Shown piece after piece: positions 57,669 to 64,000 of a stretch of 64,000 nucleotides of DNA (the stretch's first letter is position 1; each line of letters opens with the position of its first letter). The DNA is from an uncultured Pseudokineococcus sp. Its GTDB lineage: Bacteria > Actinomycetota > Actinomycetes > Actinomycetales > Quadrisphaeraceae. Made by a program: the position numbers and the translations under genes. The DNA lies in contig NZ_CANMAA010000014.1 of NCBI RefSeq assembly GCF_947495735.1, positions 18,164 to 82,163 of the forward strand, read 5' to 3'. A model generated the notes under the pieces. That model did not search any database. It worked only from the letters and a program-made list of their open reading frames with translations, and was not told the DNA's origin.

Positions 57669-59348
57669 TCAGCTGACCGTCACCCCGTTCCACACCTCGT
57701 CCTGGACGGGGCTCGTCTCGTAGCCCTCGACCTCCGGCGCGAAGGCCAGCGACGGCACCGGGGAGGCGATCGGCACGCCCGGCAGGAACTCCATGACCTG
57801 CTGGTTGATCGCCTCGTAGGCCGGGCCCTGCTCGTCGGCGGTCGGCAGCCCGCGGGCCTGCGAGAGCGCGGAGAACAGCTCGGGGTTGTCGAAGCCCCAC
57901 TCGTTCTTCGGGGTGCCGAAGAAGACGCCGACGAAGTTGTCGGGGTCGTTGTAGTCGCCGGTCCACCCGAGCAGGTGCAGGCCGTGGTCCTCGCTGCCCT
58001 GGATGCGGTCGAGGTAGTCGGGCGACCACGGCAGGGCGACCGGGTTCACGGTGATGCCCGCGGCCTCGAGCTGGCTGCGGATCGCGACGAAGGTGTCCTC
58101 CGGGCTCGGCATGTACGGCCGGGAGACGCCCGTGGGGTAGACGAAGTCGATGCTCAGGTCGCTCTGACCGGCCTCGGCCAGCAGCTCCTGCGCCCGCGCC
58201 GGGTCGTAGTCGTAGGTCTCGACGTCGTCGGAGTACCCCGTGACGATCTCGGGCATGAACTGCGTCGCGGGGGTCGAGCCCTCGGGCATCGACTGGCTGA
58301 TGACGGCGTCCTTGTCGATGGCGTGCGCGATGGCCTGGCGGACCCGGGGGTCGGCCAGCTCGGGCACGGCCTGGTTCATGCCGAGGTAGAGCACGTTGAA
58401 GGCCGGCCGGTCCTCGACCTGGAAGCCGGCGTCCTCCAGGGCCTGGACGTCGCCGGGGGCCACGAGGTCGTAGCCGTCGATCTGCTCGCCCTCGAGGGCC
58501 TGGCGGCGGGCGTTGCCGTCGGCGATCGTCTGGATCACGACCGTGTCGAGCTGGGCGACGTCGCCCCAGTAGTCGTCGTAGCGGGTGAGCGTCACCGACT
58601 GGCCGCGCTCCCAGCTCTCGAACTGGAACGGGCCGGTGCCCGTGGGGTTCTCCGTGCCGTAGGCGCTGAAGCGCACGTCGTCGGCGCTGCCGGAGATGTT
58701 GTCCGCGTCGAACTCCTCCAGCGCCGTCGGGCTCTGCATGGAGAAGGCCGGCAGCGAGAGCGAGGCGATGAAGCCGGCGAACGGCCGCGTGAGGGTGATG
58801 ACGGCCGTCTGCTCGTCCTGCGCCTCGCAGCTCTCGTACAGGCCGTCCTCGAGCTCGGGGTCCTCGCTCTCGGCGAAGCCCTGGAAGATCGAGTTGTAGT
58901 AGTAGGAGATGTTCTCGTTCTGCTGCAGGCCGGTCCAGCCGTGCCAGCGGTCGAAGTTGGCGCAGACCGCCGCCGCGTCGAAGGTCGTCCCGTCGTGGAA
59001 GGTGACGTCCTCGCGCAGGTCGAACGTGTAGGTCAGGCCGTCCTCGCTCGTCTCCCACGACTCGGCGAGCAGCGGCGCCGGGTCGGGCGTGCCCGGCTCG
59101 GTGCCGACGAGGCCCTCGAACATCTGCCGCGCCACGCGGAAGGTCTCGCCGTCGCTGGCGAAGGCCGGGTCGAGCACGACCGGGTCCGAGCTCGCCGCGA
59201 AGACGAAGGTCCCCCCGCCGCCGCCCTCGCCGCCCCCGCTGGCGTCGCCGCCCCCGGCGTCCCGGTCGCTCTCCGCGCAGCCGGCCGTCACCAGCAGCGC
59301 GCCGGCCGCCAGCAGGGCCGCGGCCCGTCCTCCGATGCTCCGCACCAT
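57669..59348 (-). CDS. peptide/nickel ABC transporter substrate-binding lipoprotein (family 5)
   Basis: The ATG at 59348 gives the signal MVRSIGGRAAALLAAGALLVTAGC. GGAG upstream. Confidence 0.9.
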   Translation of the reverse strand: MVRSIGGRAAALLAAGALLVTAGCAESDRDAGGGDASGGGEGGGGGTFVFAASSDPVVLDPAFASDGETFRVARQMFEGLVGTEPGTPDPAPLLAESWETSEDGLTYTFDLREDVTFHDGTTFDAAAVCANFDRWHGWTGLQQNENISYYYNSIFQGFAESEDPELEDGLYESCEAQDEQTAVITLTRPFAGFIASLSLPAFSMQSPTALEEFDADNISGSADDVRFSAYGTENPTGTGPFQFESWERGQSVTLTRYDDYWGDVAQLDTVVIQTIADGNARRQALEGEQIDGYDLVAPGDVQALEDAGFQVEDRPAFNVLYLGMNQAVPELADPRVRQAIAHAIDKDAVISQSMPEGSTPATQFMPEIVTGYSDDVETYDYDPARAQELLAEAGQSDLSIDFVYPTGVSRPYMPSPEDTFVAIRSQLEAAGITVNPVALPWSPDYLDRIQGSEDHGLHLLGWTGDYNDPDNFVGVFFGTPKNEWGFDNPELFSALSQARGLPTADEQGPAYEAINQQVMEFLPGVPIASPVPSLAFAPEVEGYETSPVQDEVWNGVTVS

Positions 59349-59458
59349 GGGTCGCACTCCGTCGTCTCGTCGGACGCCGTGACCCGTCCGGTCCACGGCG
59401 GGGCGACGCTAGCCGCAGCCGGGCGCGGACGGTGCGCGACCAGCCGGTGTCGGCACGG

Positions 59459-60190
59459 TCACGATCGGGTGACGGTCCCGTGCTCCTGCCCGCGGACGAG
59501 GACGAGCAGGTCCTGCGGCGCCACCCCGGCGAGCGTGGGCACGACCGTCCGCCGCGGGCCCTCGGGGATCTCCACGACGTGCGGCACCACCAGCACGGGC
59601 ACCCCGGCGGCCTCCGCGGAGGCCAGCCCCGTCGGGCTGTCCTCCACGGCCACGCAGCGGCCGGGGTCCACGCCGAGGGCCGCCGCCGCGCGCAGGTACG
59701 GCTCCGGGTGGGGCTTGCCGCGGTCGCAGGCGTCACCGGTCACGACGGCGTCGAAAGCGCCCTGCGGCAGGTGGTCGAGCATCGCGTCGGCCATGGACCG
59801 CCACGACATGGTCACGAGGGCGAGGGGCACCCCGAGCTCGGCGAGCCCGGTGAGCATCTCCAGCGCTCCGGGGCGCCAGCGCGGGTCCCGGCGCAGCTCG
59901 GCGGCCACCTGCGCCCCGAGCAGCTCGATGATCTCGCGCACCGGGAGGTCGACGCCGCCCTCGCGCCGCAGCACCTCGGCCGAGACCTCGAGCTGGTTGC
60001 CCACCAGCGCCATCGCCTGGGAGTCGGTCCACGTGCCGCCGTGGGCCTCGACGAGCGCGCGCTCGGCCGCCCACCACACCGGCTCGGTGTCCACCAGCGT
60101 GCCGTCCATGTCGAAGAGGACCGCGGCGGGCAGGGGGACGCCGTCCTCCCCCGGCGCCGTCGCGGTCGGGGCGGGGGTGTCGGCGCGCAT
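59459..60190 (-). CDS. HAD-superfamily hydrolase (beta-phosphoglucomutase-like subfamily IA)
   Basis: Contains LFDMDGTLVDTE, VTMSWRS and VEDSPTGLASA. Confidence 0.85.
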   Translation of the reverse strand: MRADTPAPTATAPGEDGVPLPAAVLFDMDGTLVDTEPVWWAAERALVEAHGGTWTDSQAMALVGNQLEVSAEVLRREGGVDLPVREIIELLGAQVAAELRRDPRWRPGALEMLTGLAELGVPLALVTMSWRSMADAMLDHLPQGAFDAVVTGDACDRGKPHPEPYLRAAAALGVDPGRCVAVEDSPTGLASAEAAGVPVLVVPHVVEIPEGPRRTVVPTLAGVAPQDLLVLVRGQEHGTVTRS

Positions 60191-60266
60191 GCCCGCGAGT
60201 CTGCCAGCGGCGCCGGTCCGCCCCCGCCCCTCCCGCGGCCCCGTCCCGGGGCACGGGAGGGGCGCG

Positions 60267-63200
60267 TCAGACGGCGTTGAAGTACTTCGCCTCGGGGTGG
60301 TGGACGACGAGGGCGTCCGTGGACTGCTCGGGGTGCAGCTGGAGCTCCTCGGACAGCTCGACGCCGATCCGCTCGGGCTCCAGCAGCCGCACGAGGTCGG
60401 CGCGGCTCTCCAGGTCCGGGCACGCCGGGTAGCCGAAGGAGTACCGCGACCCCCGGTAGCCCTGGCCGAGGACCTCGTCGAGCTCGCCGGCGTCCTGCCC
60501 GCCGTACCCGAGCTCGGCGCGCACGCGGGCGTGCCACATCTCGGCCATCGCCTCGGTGAGCTGGACCGACAGCCCGTGCAGCTCCAGGTACTCCCGGTAG
60601 GCGTTGCGCGCGAACAGCTCCCCGGTCACCTCGGCGACCTGCGAGCCCATCGTCACGAGCTGCAGCGGCAGGACGTCGGGGCGCCCGAGCGCCTCCACCT
60701 CCGCAGCGTCGCGGAAGAAGTCCGCCAGGCACAGGCGCCGGTCGCGGCGCTGGCGCGGGAAGGAGAAGCGCAGCCGCTCGGTGCCCGGCTCCCCGCCCGT
60801 GCCGTCGCCCTCGTGGTGGGCCACGACGAGGTCCTGGCCCTCGGACCAGACCGGGAAGTACCCGTAGACGACGGCGGCGCGGGTGATCCCCTCCGTGCGG
60901 ATGCGGTCCAGCCACATCCGCAGCCGCGGGCGGCCCTCGGTCTCGACGAGCTCCTCGTAGGAGGGCCCCTCTCCCCCGCGGGCGCCGCGCAGGCCCCACT
61001 GGCCGAGGAAGGTGGCCCGCTCGTCGAGGTAGGAGGCGTACTCGGCCAGGTGCACGCCCTTGACGACGCGCGTGCCCCAGAACGGCGGCACCGGGACGTC
61101 GACGTCGCGGGCGACGTCCGAGCGCCGCGCGCGCACGTCCTCGCCCTCGGCGACGGCGGCCTCCTCCTCCCCCGTGCGCCGGCGCACCCGGCGCGGGCGC
61201 AGCGCCGGCAGCGTGTCGGAGACCGACGCGCCCGGCGTCGTGCGCGCCGCGGCGACGGCGTCCATCAGCCGCAGCCCCTCGAAGGCGTCGCGGGCGTAGC
61301 GCACCTCGCCCTCGTAGAGCTCGGCGAGGTCGTTCTCGACGTAGGCGCGCGTGAGCGCCGCCCCGCCGAGGATGACCGGCCAGCGCGCGGCGAGGCCGCG
61401 CTCGTTGAGCTCGGCGAGGTTCTCCTTCATGACGACGGTCGACTTCACGAGCAGCCCGCTCATGCCGATGGCGTCGGCGCCCGTCTCCTCCGCGACGCGG
61501 ATGATCTCGCTGATCGGCTGCTTGATGCCGATGTTCGTCACGTCGTAGCCGTTGTTGGACAAGATGATGTCCACGAGGTTCTTGCCGATGTCGTGGACGT
61601 CGCCCTTCACGGTCGCCAGCACGATCTTGGCCCGCGCCTGGCGGGCCGTGCCGCTCGCGGCGGCCTCGGCCTCGATGTGCGGCTCCAGGTGCGCCACGGC
61701 GATCTTCATGACCTCCGCCGACTGCAGCACGAAGGGGAGCTGCATCTGCCCCGACCCGAAGAGCTCGCCGACCTCCTTCATCCCGGCCAGCAGGTGGTCG
61801 TTGACGACGTCGAGCGGGCTCGTCCCCTGCGCGAGGGCCTCGTCGAGGTCGGCGTCCAGGCCCTTGCGCTCACCGCCGACGATGCGCCGGGACAGGCGCT
61901 CCCCGAGCGGCAGCGCCATCAGCTCGGCGGCGCGGTCGGCGCGCACGGAGGCGGCGTCCACGCCCTCGAAGAGGTCCAGGACCCGCTGCAGCGGGTCGTA
62001 GAGGACCCCGCCGTCGGCGTCGTAGCGGCGCCGGTCGTGCACGAGGTCCAGCGCCGCCTCGCGCTGGTCCTCGGGGATGCTCGCCATCGGCATGATCCGG
62101 GCGGCGTGCACGATGGCCGAGTCGAGCCCCGCCTCGACGGCCTCGTGCAGGAACACCGAGTTCAGCACCGCGCGCGCCGCCGGGTTGAGCCCGAACGAGA
62201 TGTTCGAGAGCCCGAGCGTCGTCTGCACGCGGGGGTGGCGGCGCTTGATCTCGCGGATGGCGGCGAGCGTCTCCACGCCGTCCCGGCGCGTCTCCTCCTG
62301 CCCGGTGGCCACGGGGAAGGTGAGGGCGTCCACGATGATGTCCGCCTCGTCCATCCCCCACGTGCCGGTGAGGTCCTCCACGAGCCGGGTGGCGATGGCC
62401 GTCTTGGTCTCGGCGGTGCGGGCCTGGCCCGCCTCGTCGATGGTCAGGGCGACGACGGCGGCGCCGTGCTCGCGCACCAGCGGCATGATCCGGGCGAAGC
62501 GGCTCGTGGGCCCGTCGCCGTCCTCGTAGTTCACCGAGTTGACGACGGCGCGCCCGCCGACGAGCTCCAGCCCCGCCTCCAGGACGGCGGGCTCGGTGGA
62601 GTCGATGACGAGCGGCAGGGTCGAGGCGGTGGCCAGGCGGCTGACGACCTCCCGGACGTCCGCGACGCCGTCGCGGCCCACGTAGTCGACGCAGACGTCG
62701 AGCAGGTGGGCGCCGTCGCGGGTCTGCCCGCGCGCGATCTCGACGCAGCGCTCCCAGTCCCCCGCGACCATGGCCTCGCGGAAGGCCTTGCTGCCGTTGG
62801 CGTTCGTGCGCTCGCCGATCGCCAGCACGCTGGCCTCCTGGGCGAACGGCACGTGCTGGTAGATGCTCGCGACGCCGGGCTCGGGCCGCGCGTCGCGCGC
62901 CGTCACCGGGCGCCCGCCGACGCGCTCGACGACCTGGCGCAGGTGCTCGGGCGTCGTGCCGCAGCAGCCGCCGACGAGGGCGAGGCCGTAGTCGCGCGTG
63001 AAGCGGTCGTGGGCCTCGGCCAGCTCGCCGGGGCTGAGCGGGTAGTACGCGCCGTCCTTGGACAGCTGGGGCAGGCCGGCGTTCGGCATGCAGGTCACGG
63101 GCACCGGGGAGTGCCGGGCCAGGTGGCGCAGGTGCTCGCCCATCTCCGCGGGACCGGTGGCGCAGTTGAGGCCGACGCCGTCCACGCCGAGGGCGGCGAG

Positions 63201-63839
63201 CGCCGTCAGCGCGGCCCCGATCTCGCTGCCGAGGAGCATGGTGCCCGTGGTCTCGACCGTGACCTGCACGAGCACGGGGACGTCCACGCGGGCCTCGCGC
63301 ATGGCCCGGCGCGCGCCCACGACGGCCGCCTTGGCCTGCAGGAGGTCCTGGACCGTCTCGACGAGGACGGCGTCGACGCCGCCGTCGAGCATCCCGAGCA
63401 CCTGCTCGGCGTAGGCGTCGCGCAGGAGGGCGTAGGGCGCGTGGCCGAGGCTCGGCAGCTTCGTGCCGGGCCCCATGGAGCCGAGGACGAAGCGCTCGTG
63501 GTCGGCGGTGCTGGCGGCGTCCGCGGCCTCGCGGGCCACGCGGGCGCCGCCGGCGGCGAGCTCGCGGATGCGCGACTCGATGCCGTACTCGGCGAGGTTG
63601 GCCCAGTTCGCGCCGAAGGTGTTGGTCTCGACCAGGTCGACCCCGACGTCCAGGTAGGCCTCGTGGACCGAGCGGACGACGTCGGGGCGCGTGGCGTTGA
63701 GGACCTCGTTGCAGCCCTCGTGGCCCTCGAAGTCCTCGAGCCCGGGGGCGGCCGCCTGGAGCATGGTGCCCATCGCCCCGTCGGCCACCAGGACGCGCTC
63801 GGACAGGGCGGCGCGCAGGCGCGCGGGGCGGTCGCTCAC
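60267..63839 (-). CDS. metH: cobalamin-dependent methionine synthase
   Basis: 1190 aa: Hcy-methyltransferase N-terminus, pterin-binding domain, B12-binding domain (GDVHDIGKN) and AdoMet activation domain. Confidence 0.95.
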   Translation of the reverse strand: MSDRPARLRAALSERVLVADGAMGTMLQAAAPGLEDFEGHEGCNEVLNATRPDVVRSVHEAYLDVGVDLVETNTFGANWANLAEYGIESRIRELAAGGARVAREAADAASTADHERFVLGSMGPGTKLPSLGHAPYALLRDAYAEQVLGMLDGGVDAVLVETVQDLLQAKAAVVGARRAMREARVDVPVLVQVTVETTGTMLLGSEIGAALTALAALGVDGVGLNCATGPAEMGEHLRHLARHSPVPVTCMPNAGLPQLSKDGAYYPLSPGELAEAHDRFTRDYGLALVGGCCGTTPEHLRQVVERVGGRPVTARDARPEPGVASIYQHVPFAQEASVLAIGERTNANGSKAFREAMVAGDWERCVEIARGQTRDGAHLLDVCVDYVGRDGVADVREVVSRLATASTLPLVIDSTEPAVLEAGLELVGGRAVVNSVNYEDGDGPTSRFARIMPLVREHGAAVVALTIDEAGQARTAETKTAIATRLVEDLTGTWGMDEADIIVDALTFPVATGQEETRRDGVETLAAIREIKRRHPRVQTTLGLSNISFGLNPAARAVLNSVFLHEAVEAGLDSAIVHAARIMPMASIPEDQREAALDLVHDRRRYDADGGVLYDPLQRVLDLFEGVDAASVRADRAAELMALPLGERLSRRIVGGERKGLDADLDEALAQGTSPLDVVNDHLLAGMKEVGELFGSGQMQLPFVLQSAEVMKIAVAHLEPHIEAEAAASGTARQARAKIVLATVKGDVHDIGKNLVDIILSNNGYDVTNIGIKQPISEIIRVAEETGADAIGMSGLLVKSTVVMKENLAELNERGLAARWPVILGGAALTRAYVENDLAELYEGEVRYARDAFEGLRLMDAVAAARTTPGASVSDTLPALRPRRVRRRTGEEEAAVAEGEDVRARRSDVARDVDVPVPPFWGTRVVKGVHLAEYASYLDERATFLGQWGLRGARGGEGPSYEELVETEGRPRLRMWLDRIRTEGITRAAVVYGYFPVWSEGQDLVVAHHEGDGTGGEPGTERLRFSFPRQRRDRRLCLADFFRDAAEVEALGRPDVLPLQLVTMGSQVAEVTGELFARNAYREYLELHGLSVQLTEAMAEMWHARVRAELGYGGQDAGELDEVLGQGYRGSRYSFGYPACPDLESRADLVRLLEPERIGVELSEELQLHPEQSTDALVVHHPEAKYFNAV

Positions 63840-64000
63840 GACCGCCGATGCTAGGCGTCGCCGTCGGGCGTCCCCGCGCAGCGCCCGTAGGGTGGACGCG
63901 CTGCTCCGGGGCCGCAGGCAGGCCCCTGCACCCGGGCGCCGGCACGACGCCCCGGGCGGCCGCAGGCGACGGGGAGCGGCGAGGAGGAGGACGAGTGAGC

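Noticed and set aside
63840-64000. Riboswitch (SAM or B12) upstream of metH, and a possible plus-strand gene start at 63995 (GAGGAGGAGG plus 4 nt plus GTG).
   Set aside because: The metH GTG lies only 8 nt after a TAGCAT hexamer, so there is essentially no leader for a riboswitch. Only two codons of the putative plus-strand gene are inside the window.

Overview
Very G+C-rich (by eye over 70%) actinobacterial chromosomal core DNA, densely coding on both strands. I recognised no rRNA, tRNA, CRISPR, transposase or integrase. The centre of the window is a complete Pup-proteasome locus (arc/mpa, dop, pup, prcB, prcA, pafA, pafB, pafC). It is flanked by tatA-tatC, a DAG-kinase-like lipid kinase and helY. 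Elsewhere: rbpA, fxsA-lnt, a sugar (xylose-type) ABC operon with a ROK regulator, selO, a long-chain acyl-CoA ligase, an M15 peptidase-GDPD-MFS operon, trmI plus a site-2 protease, an iron-chelate ABC importer lying between dop and arc, a five-gene peptide ABC operon, a HAD hydrolase and metH. Most long Arg/Pro/Gly-rich ORFs in the supplied track are antisense or off-frame shadows of these genes. Things worth a second look: (1) two homologous 41-42 bp tandem-repeat arrays (8 and 6 copies) at two non-coding loci; (2) an SdpAB-like pair of a small membrane protein and an HTTM protein, with no visible substrate gene; (3) a T4-endoV-like glycosylase fused to an unknown C-terminal module; (4) a recurrent TANNNT-N6-GTG/ATG (leaderless-type) pattern in front of at least a dozen genes, including mirrored or overlapping divergent promoters at pafB/DUF3866 and dop/DUF3054; (5) a 15/19 IdeR/DtxR iron box in front of the importer inside the pup locus; (6) a perfect 33-nt palindrome in a long divergent intergenic region. 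All functional calls come from reading the translations and motifs by eye. No database search was run.
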